Positions 18,378 through 27,485 of a stretch of DNA of 53,581 nucleotides are shown here, piece by piece (position 1 is the first letter of the stretch; every line of letters starts with the position of its first letter). The stretch spans positions 1 to 53,581 of the forward strand of contig JAYUGC010000157.1 of assembly GCA_043767805.1 (NCBI GenBank), read 5' to 3'. The position numbers and the translations under genes are program-made. The stretch is from Pseudomonadota bacterium (GTDB lineage: Bacteria > Bdellovibrionota > FAC87 > UBA2466). The notes beneath the pieces were generated by a model. That model did no database searches. It saw only the letters and a list, made by a program, of their open reading frames with translations, and was not told the DNA's origin.

Positions 18378-20597
18378 ATGGAAGCTCAAGAAACCAATCC
18401 AATCCCAGTCAGGCTGAGCGTACTCGGGCAAAACGGCAAAACCGTTATGACCAACGAGTTCCTCAAAGAGAAAATCGTTTTGGGCCGCATCCTTTCGGCG
18501 GACCTTCGGATCGACGATCCGCGGGTGTCGAGGATTCATGCCCTCATCGAGGTCCGGGGGGACAACCTGATTTTGACCGACCTTGCCAGCTCTCACGGCA
18601 CCTTCGTGAACGGCAAGAAAGTGGTCGAGAGTAAGCTGAAAATCGGAGACGTGATCCGGGTCGGCTTCGTAGAGATCAAGATCGAAAAAGGCACGGGACA
18701 GCCCACCGTCGCCCAAGGTAACTTCGAAGGTAAGCCCGTATTCGAAGGCGACGAGACCCTTCTCGACATCGATCGCTCCATGCTGGAAAACGCGGAACGC
18801 CGCGGCCCGGATCGCCGCAAGAAAGATGCGTTTCCCGACGAGCGACGCTTAGAGCAGCGCCGTGGCGGGGACCGCCGCGTCGAGCAGCGCCAGGAGTCCG
18901 ATCGCCGTAAGCCCGCCGAAGCGGGAGCTCCGGTTACGCTTCCTCCCGGTGTGGACGCCGATCGCCGGAAGGCCGAGCGCCGTACCAAGGAAGAGACCGA
19001 CCGCCGCATTGGCGAGCGCCGCCGTTCCGATCGCCGGGTGTTCGACATCACCAGCCTCGAGCGCCGGATCGAAGAGCGCCGCGTGCGCCGTTCCGACGAC
19101 GATTTGCTCCCCGAAGAGCTCGAGAAAGCTTTCGCCGCTCCCGATCACGCTCAGGAGCTCGAAGTCACCGTTCTCTGGGGCGATTACATCTTGGACGTGT
19201 CTAACTACGTCGATCCGGTCGTTTTGACCGTCGGCGAGGACGCGAAGAACCACTACATCATTCCCAGCGTCGGCATCCCGGAAGAGTTCCCCTTGATCTC
19301 CATCGAAGAGGACGGCACCGCCCATCTCTCTTTCACGGAAGACATGAAGGGCACCATCCGCTGCCGCGACAAGATTTACACGGCTCAGGAGCTGACGCAG
19401 GAGAAGTTCGTCCGTAAGAGCGGCAAGGCGTACGTCGTTGCGCTTCGGCGGGACGATTTCGCCAAGCTCTCCATCGGCACGATCAACTTCTTCATCTTGT
19501 ACGTGAAGCCGGCTCCGCGGATTCTGCCGTCGCCCATGTTCGATCGGGACGCGCTTTTGATGCGCACGTTCATCGGCTCCGCGCTGCTACTCGCCCTGTT
19601 TTTCATCACGGTTAGCTTCGTGCCGAAGCCGATTCCGGTGACCATCGATATGGTGCCCGAGCGGTTCGCCAAGATCGTCATCAAGAAGCGGCCCAAGCTC
19701 CCGTCGCAGGGCGCCCTGACCTCGAAAGACAAGTCCGTCGAAGGCGGCTCGGTCATGGGTGAAGGCGGCCGCGCGAAGGGCGATGAAGGCAAAGCGGGTA
19801 AGAAAGATCTTCCGCAGAATAAGCCGATGGCTCAGGTCATCAACCCGATGATCAACAAAGAAATCGTCAAGAAGCAGCCGGGCAATCCGCCGACCCAGTC
19901 GGCCAAGCCCAAGGAAGCCCCTCGCAAAGTCGTCGATGCGAATGCCGCAAAAAGCGTGGGTCTCCTCAAAGCGTTCAGCCGCAGCGGCATCAAGAGCGAT
20001 CTCAAGTCGCTTACGGATGGCGCGGGCGAAGGCGGCGGGTTCGACGAATTCGGCAAAGCGGTTGCGGGTTTGCGCGGTAAAACTCTCGAAGAGGGTGGCG
20101 GCGCGGGTGGCAAAGGCTTGAAGGGTGTCGGCGTCGGCGGTGGCGGAACCACCATCGGTATCGACGGTCCTTCGACCAAGGGCTTTGGCCGCGGCTGGAG
20201 CGGTGACGGAATCGGCGAGGGCATCTCTGGCCCGGGCCGGCTCGGCATCAAGGGCGAGCACGCCATCTCCATCGCGTCCGAGAACATCCAAGTTCTCTCG
20301 GGACTTCCCAAGGACGTGATCAACGCCGTCGTGCAGAAGCACCGCTCGGAAATCCGCGCGTGTTACGACGCGGCCTTGCGGCGTAATCCCAATCTGCGCG
20401 GCAAAGTGGTCATCGCGTTCACGATTCAGCCCAACGGCATCGTGTCGTCGGCTTCCGTCAAGGAAAGCACGCTCGGCGACCGCGGCCTCGGTGGTTGTAT
20501 TACGGACCGTGTGAAGAGCTGGAGCTTCCCGCAGCCGGAAGCGCCGGTCGTGACCGAAGTCTCCGCGTATCCGTTCTACCTCGTACCGGCGAACTAA
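18378..20597 (+). CDS. gltG: GltG-like protein: FHA domain, Arg-rich repeat insert, single TM, Gly-rich linker, TonB_C/AgmX C-terminal domain
   Basis: FHA motif LGR...VSRIHA...DLASSHGTFVNG; TM ALLLALFFITV; C-terminal IRACYDAALRRNPNLRGKV...CI...W.FP.P. Confidence 0.85.
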   Translation: MEAQETNPIPVRLSVLGQNGKTVMTNEFLKEKIVLGRILSADLRIDDPRVSRIHALIEVRGDNLILTDLASSHGTFVNGKKVVESKLKIGDVIRVGFVEIKIEKGTGQPTVAQGNFEGKPVFEGDETLLDIDRSMLENAERRGPDRRKKDAFPDERRLEQRRGGDRRVEQRQESDRRKPAEAGAPVTLPPGVDADRRKAERRTKEETDRRIGERRRSDRRVFDITSLERRIEERRVRRSDDDLLPEELEKAFAAPDHAQELEVTVLWGDYILDVSNYVDPVVLTVGEDAKNHYIIPSVGIPEEFPLISIEEDGTAHLSFTEDMKGTIRCRDKIYTAQELTQEKFVRKSGKAYVVALRRDDFAKLSIGTINFFILYVKPAPRILPSPMFDRDALLMRTFIGSALLLALFFITVSFVPKPIPVTIDMVPERFAKIVIKKRPKLPSQGALTSKDKSVEGGSVMGEGGRAKGDEGKAGKKDLPQNKPMAQVINPMINKEIVKKQPGNPPTQSAKPKEAPRKVVDANAAKSVGLLKAFSRSGIKSDLKSLTDGAGEGGGFDEFGKAVAGLRGKTLEEGGGAGGKGLKGVGVGGGGTTIGIDGPSTKGFGRGWSGDGIGEGISGPGRLGIKGEHAISIASENIQVLSGLPKDVINAVVQKHRSEIRACYDAALRRNPNLRGKVVIAFTIQPNGIVSSASVKESTLGDRGLGGCITDRVKSWSFPQPEAPVVTEVSAYPFYLVPAN

Positions 20598-20609
20598 TTA
20601 TTCAAAGTG

Positions 20610-20644
20610 AAAAGGCCCATGGCTTAAGTGCCACGGGCCTTTTT
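20610..20644 (+). terminator. Rho-independent terminator of the glt operon (probably bidirectional)
   Basis: AAAAGGCCCATGGC-ttaagt-GCCACGGGCCTTTTT between convergent genes. Confidence 0.8.
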
Positions 20645-20671
20645 ATTTTGGCGTGGGAAAGAATCGGAAAG

Positions 20672-22507
20672 TCACGGGGTTCCTTTTACCGGGACGAGCG
20701 GCAAATAGAAGCCGTCTAGTGTCATTTGCTGCCTCGTATAGCCTCCGGCGATCGGTACTGAGTTTTCCGGCGTCAGGAAGGCGGAGATGATTTTCATCTC
20801 GAAGATTTGTTCCTGAGGCAGATAGTTCAGAACGACTAGGCCCTGTGCCTTAACCGTGTAGTCCGTGCCGTCGGCGAGCGGGGTTACCAGGTCGAGCGGT
20901 CCCTCGAACCGGAAGGAGTAGGGACCGGTCTGCTTCAGGGCATCGTCAAACCCGATCTTGAACGTTCCGAAGCTCGAATCGCCTAAATCGACGAGAAAAC
21001 GGCCCTTTTCCCGGGTTACATCTACTACCGAGATGGTGGAGACGTCGTTCATTTCCGGACGGCTCACTAGCACGTCCTTGTTCCCCGCGACGGGTTGCTT
21101 GCGGCGGATTCCCGCGAAGGAATGGAGTCCGCTGGATCTCTGGGTATTGTAGGCCATCGAGTAAACTTTCGGGAGCGGGGGCGCTTTCGGCATCTTGTAG
21201 CCGAGGGGAGCCGTCGGTAGCACCGAGTAACCCACGAAAAAGTCCTGTAGCCCCCAGAGCGGTTTGTTTCCGTACAGAAACGCCGTCTCAAAATGCGGCG
21301 GTGTACCGATCTCCACGCCAGGGATGTAATCGAGGATCGAGCCCGCTCCTCGGAAGGAAGGCAGCCACGAGATCACTCGTCTAATTTTCCCTTGAGGGAG
21401 CGAAGGCCAAGGTACGGTGTTATTCAGCTCGTTCTTCAGGTCCGCAAAGTTCATCTCTAGGGTAACGCCTTCAAAGGGATGTCTGAGGAGTGTGTCGCCG
21501 CCTCCTCCGACGCCTTCTCCGGATCCTCCCCCCACGGCTTCGCCCGACTCGCCGCCTCCCACTCCTTCACCGGAGCCACCGGGAACTTTGGGAAGAGGGG
21601 TGCCGGGTCGTCGGCGTACGTGCTTACCTTTAAGTGGGCCCGTCAGAATTTCAAATTCCTGATCGGATACATACTCTAAAGAACCATAGAGATTTCCCTT
21701 CCATTCGACTCCGTTGCCAAAGACGCCGGCTTCGCGACGCAAGCGATCGGCGACTTCGATCACGAGCGGAGTGGGAATGACGTACGTCAGCTGCGAGAGC
21801 GGCTCGTAATGGGAAATGACTCCGGCAAAACGCATCTCTTCGGTAGCGTCTTGCGCGAAAACGAGAGCGCCGCCTGAATAACCCCAGCTGCGAATCGGAA
21901 CGCGGAAACAAAGCGGAACGAAGAGCATCGGACAATCACTGTCGACTTCGAGAGCCACGGCTTGCGAGAGCTCGCCGGGAGCCTTTTCGGCAAAAGGCTT
22001 GCCCAGAATCCGGTGTAACTCGCGAAGGGTCACCTCTTGCCAGGATTCTCCCTGCAGCACCGGCGTGAGATCGGATTGTGGACCGGGATACCCGAGTAAA
22101 CCAAACTGATACTTTCCTTCGGGAAGATCCGCTTCGTTGAGGGTCTGCTCAATGACAGCCTTGAGCTCGGTACTCTGCGCCTCGGTGAAAGCATGCTTGG
22201 TGGCAATGACGGCGAGGTCGTAACCCGGCGAGCGGGCGATGAGCTCGAACTCGGTTTCCGTGGATCCCAGGACTGGGGAAATTAAGCGAACGTCGGCTTG
22301 CGCCTTGGCCAGACGGGGGATGTTGTGCGAGTTGGTGACGAAATAGAGAGTATCTTTTTCGATCTTATATAGCTGAGCCGTACCGTAATAGAAGGCGTTT
22401 GTCGTCGATTGCAGCTTTGCTACCAACGCATTACTTGTATCTTGGCGGTGATCCGCCTCGGCGCGGAAGGCGATGACGAGTAAAAAGAAAATCCAGCTCA
22501 GCTTCAT
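20672..22507 (-). CDS. Secreted trypsin-like serine protease with Gly-rich repeat linker and unknown C-terminal domain
   Basis: Signal peptide; catalytic triad motifs VTNSH, YDLAV and GYSGG; repeats GGSGEGVGG x3. Confidence 0.75.
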   Translation of the reverse strand: MKLSWIFFLLVIAFRAEADHRQDTSNALVAKLQSTTNAFYYGTAQLYKIEKDTLYFVTNSHNIPRLAKAQADVRLISPVLGSTETEFELIARSPGYDLAVIATKHAFTEAQSTELKAVIEQTLNEADLPEGKYQFGLLGYPGPQSDLTPVLQGESWQEVTLRELHRILGKPFAEKAPGELSQAVALEVDSDCPMLFVPLCFRVPIRSWGYSGGALVFAQDATEEMRFAGVISHYEPLSQLTYVIPTPLVIEVADRLRREAGVFGNGVEWKGNLYGSLEYVSDQEFEILTGPLKGKHVRRRPGTPLPKVPGGSGEGVGGGESGEAVGGGSGEGVGGGGDTLLRHPFEGVTLEMNFADLKNELNNTVPWPSLPQGKIRRVISWLPSFRGAGSILDYIPGVEIGTPPHFETAFLYGNKPLWGLQDFFVGYSVLPTAPLGYKMPKAPPLPKVYSMAYNTQRSSGLHSFAGIRRKQPVAGNKDVLVSRPEMNDVSTISVVDVTREKGRFLVDLGDSSFGTFKIGFDDALKQTGPYSFRFEGPLDLVTPLADGTDYTVKAQGLVVLNYLPQEQIFEMKIISAFLTPENSVPIAGGYTRQQMTLDGFYLPLVPVKGTP

Positions 22508-24174
22508 TTTCCAGTCTCCACGAAATAGCGGCGGTTTCTCGTACTTCCCGCGCGGTGTATCACACCGGCGGCCAGGAGGTGCTTGAGATCTAGCTGAAGG
22601 CTTCTTCTGCCTTCCTCAAAGAGAGGCTCCAGATCTGAAATCGCGACGGGGTGATGGGTCTCCCGGATGAGGCGGGCGAGCCTGGCGCGGCGAACGGGAG
22701 CGGAATCGCTGCGGCCCACTTCGGTCTCGAGGGTTGCCCGGATCGTCGGAGCGAAGCCTATTTTACCGTCGCGCCGCAGGAGATTTTTGCCACCGCCCAG
22801 AAGCTTACGCGTCCGCTCCATCAAGGCATTGAAGCGGGATTGATGGCACTCAGGGTTGAAGGGGGTGTCATAGAGTTTTTCGAAAACTTCGCTGAGAGGC
22901 ATCGCTTGCGGGTTTCGAAACAGGATGAGCAGGAAGCGGTAAAGCACGGGGTGATCGACCAGATCGATCTCACGCCCATTTACGTTCAGTTTGTGGCGTT
23001 CGGCGTTCAATGTCATTTTCGTAAGCCGGGATTCCCCGTCACCTATCTGAGAGAGAAGCTGGTTGGCCACGGCGATTTTTTGCGTGGCGTTTACTTCGAT
23101 CGCGTCGTCTCGGTAGGCGTTCAGAAGACGACTCGCTTTTTCCTTTTGGCCGGTTTTGAAGAGGCCGAGAGCTTCGAGATATCTGAAATCGACGAGGGTG
23201 AGGGCTTGTTGCTTGGCTAGCGAGAAGCGGCTTCCGAAGCGAGCGAGCTTCAGCATTTGGTCATAAGCCCCGCTTCGGCGCAAAGCTTCGGTCAGGCAAT
23301 GAATCAGATAAAGATGATAGCTACTGTCTATTTCGGCTTTCTTCCAGCGCACTAAGAGTTTCTCGGCCTCGCGGGCGGAGGGTAAGCCAATCTCTCGAAA
23401 GTGCAGAAACTCAACGAGTGCCCGGCGGTGGGGCGCGGTGAAGTCGTCTTGCGGGGAATCGGACAAGAGAGCGTCGAATGCCTCTTCTTTTTCCAGGCGG
23501 AGAAGCACGTAGGCCTTGGCGCACACCAACCCGCCTATGTCCCGCCACCGATTTTCGGAACGGCAAATGGAGATGGCCTCGTCGAGCGCTGGCAAAGCGG
23601 CCTCGTAGTTCTCGTTATCGATGGCCCAATAAGCCTGTCTTCGAGAAGATAGATGGCGAATGGCCGGAATCGGTTTGTCCTTTGCGAGGCGCGCAAGCAG
23701 GCTCGAATAAGCTTCGAGGGCGTCCCGCTGATTGAGATTTTGATACCCCACGCAGAGATTAAACCAGCAGCTCGCGAGATGGGAGGGCAGGCGCGAGAGT
23801 TCGTACTGTTCCGCCGCGAGCCGATGATGCCGCAAGCTCTGGCGGTACTCGTCCACCAAAAGGTGGAAGTAGCCGAGAATGAAATGGAGCTCGCCCCGGA
23901 GAACGGAATCCGGCGGGACTTCGGCAAGGAGCGCTTGGAGATCCGAACGACTTTGCCCTAAGTCTTCGCGGCGAAAGAGGGCGAGTTGAAGGCGCAGAAA
24001 TTTCTTTTCGAAGCCTTCCGGGAGTGCCGCAAGTGCTTGATCCGCGGCCTCGTATTGACCGAGGGTCACATGCGCTCTCACCGACCAGTAAGCGGGAACG
24101 CGAGGCTCGGCCACGATGGATCGGTAGTCCATGCGCTCCAGTAGCTCGCGGAATGGCAAAGACGATGGGTTCAT
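22504..24174 (-). CDS. TPR-like protein with C-terminal winged-helix domains (putative transcriptional regulator)
   Basis: Helical-repeat N-terminus; OmpR-like segment (LNVNGREIDL...RFNALMERTRKLL); terminal HTH ISDLEPLF..GRRSLQLDLKHLLAAGVI...GSTRNRRY. Confidence 0.65.
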   Translation of the reverse strand: MNPSSLPFRELLERMDYRSIVAEPRVPAYWSVRAHVTLGQYEAADQALAALPEGFEKKFLRLQLALFRREDLGQSRSDLQALLAEVPPDSVLRGELHFILGYFHLLVDEYRQSLRHHRLAAEQYELSRLPSHLASCWFNLCVGYQNLNQRDALEAYSSLLARLAKDKPIPAIRHLSSRRQAYWAIDNENYEAALPALDEAISICRSENRWRDIGGLVCAKAYVLLRLEKEEAFDALLSDSPQDDFTAPHRRALVEFLHFREIGLPSAREAEKLLVRWKKAEIDSSYHLYLIHCLTEALRRSGAYDQMLKLARFGSRFSLAKQQALTLVDFRYLEALGLFKTGQKEKASRLLNAYRDDAIEVNATQKIAVANQLLSQIGDGESRLTKMTLNAERHKLNVNGREIDLVDHPVLYRFLLILFRNPQAMPLSEVFEKLYDTPFNPECHQSRFNALMERTRKLLGGGKNLLRRDGKIGFAPTIRATLETEVGRSDSAPVRRARLARLIRETHHPVAISDLEPLFEEGRRSLQLDLKHLLAAGVIHRAGSTRNRRYFVETGK

Positions 24175-24204
24175 GACTCAAAGTGTCTAAAGGTGAACGC
24201 ACCC

Positions 24205-24340
24205 TAGTGATTTCACTATCGGAAAGCAACTGCTCGGACCTAATTACATATAGTCACAAGATTATTTTCACAGCCCCGTGCCCTGATACCTCCCTGAAAG
24301 GTACTTAAAGGTTTTGGAGGGGGCACGGGATTTCACTATC
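24205..24340. promoter_or_regulatory. Candidate operator pair in the divergent intergenic region
   Basis: GATTTCACTATC occurs at 24209-24220 and 24329-24340. The first copy overlaps the palindrome TAGTGA-TT-TCACTA. Confidence 0.45.
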
Positions 24341-24364
24341 TTGCGCGGAGAAAGAGGTGAATGG

Positions 24365-25774
24365 ATGCGACGTTTTTGGATGGCGGTAGCGGTATGTGGT
24401 TTGGCGAACTTGGCCTTCGGCACGGAGCAGGCGTTCATCGCGCTCTGTGAAAACCCGGCGCCCGAAATGGCGGCGACTATCGGGAGTTTGAAAAAAGTGG
24501 CGGCCGGAGTCTTTACCGGCAAGGCCATCGATTGCCGAACGGCGGCCACGAAGTTGAATCAGACGAAAAGCCTCACGATGCGGGGACAGACCTACGAGTA
24601 CCTGACCGTGACGGACCTTAAGCCCTTCGCGACTTTGGACGCCTTGGAATCCTTAGACATCGATCAACAACGGGCGGCCGTGGATCTCGCCCCGCTGGCA
24701 AGCACTCGCTTGAAGCACCTCAGTATTCAGAATGCGGGCTTTAAGAACCTTGCCGGCCTCGATGGCATTCAGACTCTCGAGTCGGTGCAGATAACCGTGG
24801 ATAACTACACCGATCTGACGCCCCTCCTTCGCTTACCCGTACTAAAAAAGATTTCCCTGACAGCCGAAGAGAAAGCTCTGGAGACCACAAATCCTTATGA
24901 GCTCAATATCGGGGAATTAGGCAAAGTACCCTCGCTCAGAGAAGTCTCTTTCGGTGTGCCCAACTACGTTGGCCCTCGGTTTCGGTTCAAAGGCCTCTCT
25001 AATCTGAGTCTGGTCGAGGCGATGACTTTGGGTAGCGCCATTGTGGACGCCAACGATTTACGATTGCTGAAGCTCAAAAGTCTGACTATCTACGCCGGAA
25101 GCCTCGCGAGTCCCGAAGTCATTGGCGATATCCAAACGCTCCGTCAGCTCACTCTCTACCGCGTAGGCCTTAACAACATCGATTTCTTGTCCAACCTAGC
25201 CGAGCTGAAAGACTTGGGTCTGACGGAAAATCGGATTTCCGACATCAAGGCGCTCGCGCCTCTCAAGAAACTGGAGACGCTCAACCTTGGCCGCAACCAG
25301 ATCAGTTACGTGCGCGAACTGAACGACCTGATCGAGCTTCGCAGCCTCAACCTTTGGGATAATCGCATCCTCGATGTCGATGTCACCAATCTTACCAAGC
25401 TCGAGTCCTTGAACGTATCCAGCAACCAGCTCTATACGATTCGTTTCCATTGGCGGGCGGCGTATTCGAAGCTCACCGAAATCGACCTGAGTGGAAATCA
25501 TCTTTCCGCCGGCGGCATCGGTTTCGTGGCGGCGAATTTGCCCGGTCTGAAAACGCTGGATGTGTCCGACAATCGTCTCAGCGCGGTGGATAAATTCGCG
25601 GGAATCACGAGCCTGGCGATATTGAACCTCGACAACAATAAAATTGGAGATGTCTCGTCTCTGAGAACCCTCGTGAATCTGAAAAGCCTGAGCGCTCGCG
25701 GCAATGTTTTGCGCGACCCGCTCGTGTGTCCCGTGCAACCGCAAACGGTCTGCGATTTTCTTCACCAAGATTAA
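24365..25774 (+). CDS. Secreted internalin-like leucine-rich repeat protein
   Basis: Signal peptide MRRFWMAVAVCGLANLAFG; many LxxLxLxxNxIxD repeats; Cys-capped termini. Confidence 0.9.
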   Translation: MRRFWMAVAVCGLANLAFGTEQAFIALCENPAPEMAATIGSLKKVAAGVFTGKAIDCRTAATKLNQTKSLTMRGQTYEYLTVTDLKPFATLDALESLDIDQQRAAVDLAPLASTRLKHLSIQNAGFKNLAGLDGIQTLESVQITVDNYTDLTPLLRLPVLKKISLTAEEKALETTNPYELNIGELGKVPSLREVSFGVPNYVGPRFRFKGLSNLSLVEAMTLGSAIVDANDLRLLKLKSLTIYAGSLASPEVIGDIQTLRQLTLYRVGLNNIDFLSNLAELKDLGLTENRISDIKALAPLKKLETLNLGRNQISYVRELNDLIELRSLNLWDNRILDVDVTNLTKLESLNVSSNQLYTIRFHWRAAYSKLTEIDLSGNHLSAGGIGFVAANLPGLKTLDVSDNRLSAVDKFAGITSLAILNLDNNKIGDVSSLRTLVNLKSLSARGNVLRDPLVCPVQPQTVCDFLHQD

Positions 25775-25791
25775 TAAGAAAGGTATCACCC

Positions 25792-26301
25792 ATGAAATCT
25801 CTCCTGCTTGCCATGGTCCTCGGGCTTCTTTCGGTAAATGCGCGGGCGGTCTCGCCTCTGAACGATCTGCGGTGCTTGGATTCCTTCACGTTCGTGCCCA
25901 TGAAGTTCACCCTCAAAGATGACGGCGTGAGCGGACCTGAGGTGATCTTTGAGGGGCAAATGGTGCCTTCCATCATCCACGCTTTAGGGCTTGGCCCGGT
26001 GACGTGGCAGACGGGCAAGAAGCTTTCCCTCAAGCTTTCGGGTCAGCCGACGAAGACCGTCCATGCGACGGACTCCCTCATTCGTGAGTACCTCCCCATC
26101 GGTTTGACGACGGATAGCGAGGCGACGTACGCCGACGACAAAGGGAACAGGGTCAATAAGCCGTTCACGTCCCCGACGATCACCATTACCAAGCTGATTA
26201 GCGCGTCGAACGGAGAGAGTTACTCCATTTTCTTGAACCTGAGGCACTCGGGCAAGTCCTGGAGCTTTTCGAAACACTACGACACCCGCGCCTGCCACTA
26301 A
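25792..26301 (+). CDS. Secreted hypothetical protein
   Basis: AAAGG RBS; signal MKSLLLAMVLGLLSVNARA; beta-rich, with two Cys. Confidence 0.75.
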   Translation: MKSLLLAMVLGLLSVNARAVSPLNDLRCLDSFTFVPMKFTLKDDGVSGPEVIFEGQMVPSIIHALGLGPVTWQTGKKLSLKLSGQPTKTVHATDSLIREYLPIGLTTDSEATYADDKGNRVNKPFTSPTITITKLISASNGESYSIFLNLRHSGKSWSFSKHYDTRACH

Positions 26302-26307
26302 TTCCTT

Positions 26308-27480
26308 TTAAGAGGGGTCGGCGAGGGCGCCCAGGAAGAGTAGGGTGCCGGTGGCGGTGTCCCAGATGGCGTATAGAAAGGGGCGGTCGAAGCTCACGTC
26401 GAAATCGACTTGAGGCATTCCGGTGGCCCGCATGCCGAAGACGGTGGTGGCCGCGGCCTCGGTGCTCTTCTCGTTGACCTCGATGAAGGTTTTCTGAGAA
26501 GCGCTGTCGATGGCCAAAGGTTCCGCGCTCATCTTGCTGAAATTCGCGCTGTCGGTAAACGCCGTCTTCATGCCCATGGCGGCGAGTACTTTGTCGATTT
26601 CGACATCGCTCGCCGACTTCCACTTGGGAAAGCTTACGTTTCCGCTTTTGGCGTCAGCGCTCTTCAGGCTTTTCACGATACCTTCCAGGCCCGCAGGCGT
26701 TAGGCTCTTCTCGAAATCCCGTAGGGCTTTGCCTTTTACAGGGAGCAGGGCGAATAGACTCGCTTCGCCCTTTCCATAGGGAAGCTCGATGGCTTCATAG
26801 TCGGTTCCCTTCACGTATCGGAAAGACGCCATATTGTGCATCATGGGCACATCGGTCACTTTACCGTCGGTCTTGGTGAACTTGCCCGGCTCCGTGCGGT
26901 GCTCCGGGAACGGAGTTTCCCAGGTGCCTTTGAAATAAGTAGCGTTCATCAATAGCGCGCGCTGCTTCGGGGTCACCTTGTCCGATATCTTTTCAATTTT
27001 GCCGTGAGTCTTTTCTTTCACCCAGTTATCCAAAAACGCGGCGGTTTTGGGATCCGAAAAGTCCTTCGTCTCGATGAGGGCCTGATAGGCCTTGCGGAGG
27101 GTTTTCGAGAAAGCAGGTTTGAACGAAAAGCCCTTATTGGCGACGAGAGCGTTGGCGATGTCGAGCTCGACGCCCGATCGCTTCGAGGTAAGGGATTTCA
27201 TCAGCTTTGCGTTAGCCTTGTTCAATGCTTCCACCAAGATGCCCTTCGATCCGAGGACTCCCGCTATTTCGGCTTTGGTCGCTTTGTCGGCGCCGTTATA
27301 GACGAGAGATAACGCAAGATAGGCCGACAGGGGCGAGACCATGAGGTTCGTCTTTTCGGGGTAGGTCTCTCGGAGACGTTTGTACAATTCCAGACCGAAA
27401 TCGTTTTGCGCCACCGAACTTGCCGCGTGGGCTTGCGTGATTAGGGCACCCATCAGGAACGCTCCCGCGATTTTTTTCAT
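26308..27480 (-). CDS. Secreted serpin (serine protease inhibitor)
   Basis: NLMVSPLS, WVKEKTHGKI, LMNATYFKGTW, VPMM, hinge VNEKSTEAAA and FDRPFLYAI motifs. Confidence 0.97.
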   Translation of the reverse strand: MKKIAGAFLMGALITQAHAASSVAQNDFGLELYKRLRETYPEKTNLMVSPLSAYLALSLVYNGADKATKAEIAGVLGSKGILVEALNKANAKLMKSLTSKRSGVELDIANALVANKGFSFKPAFSKTLRKAYQALIETKDFSDPKTAAFLDNWVKEKTHGKIEKISDKVTPKQRALLMNATYFKGTWETPFPEHRTEPGKFTKTDGKVTDVPMMHNMASFRYVKGTDYEAIELPYGKGEASLFALLPVKGKALRDFEKSLTPAGLEGIVKSLKSADAKSGNVSFPKWKSASDVEIDKVLAAMGMKTAFTDSANFSKMSAEPLAIDSASQKTFIEVNEKSTEAAATTVFGMRATGMPQVDFDVSFDRPFLYAIWDTATGTLLFLGALADPS

Positions 27481-27485
27481 TTGGT

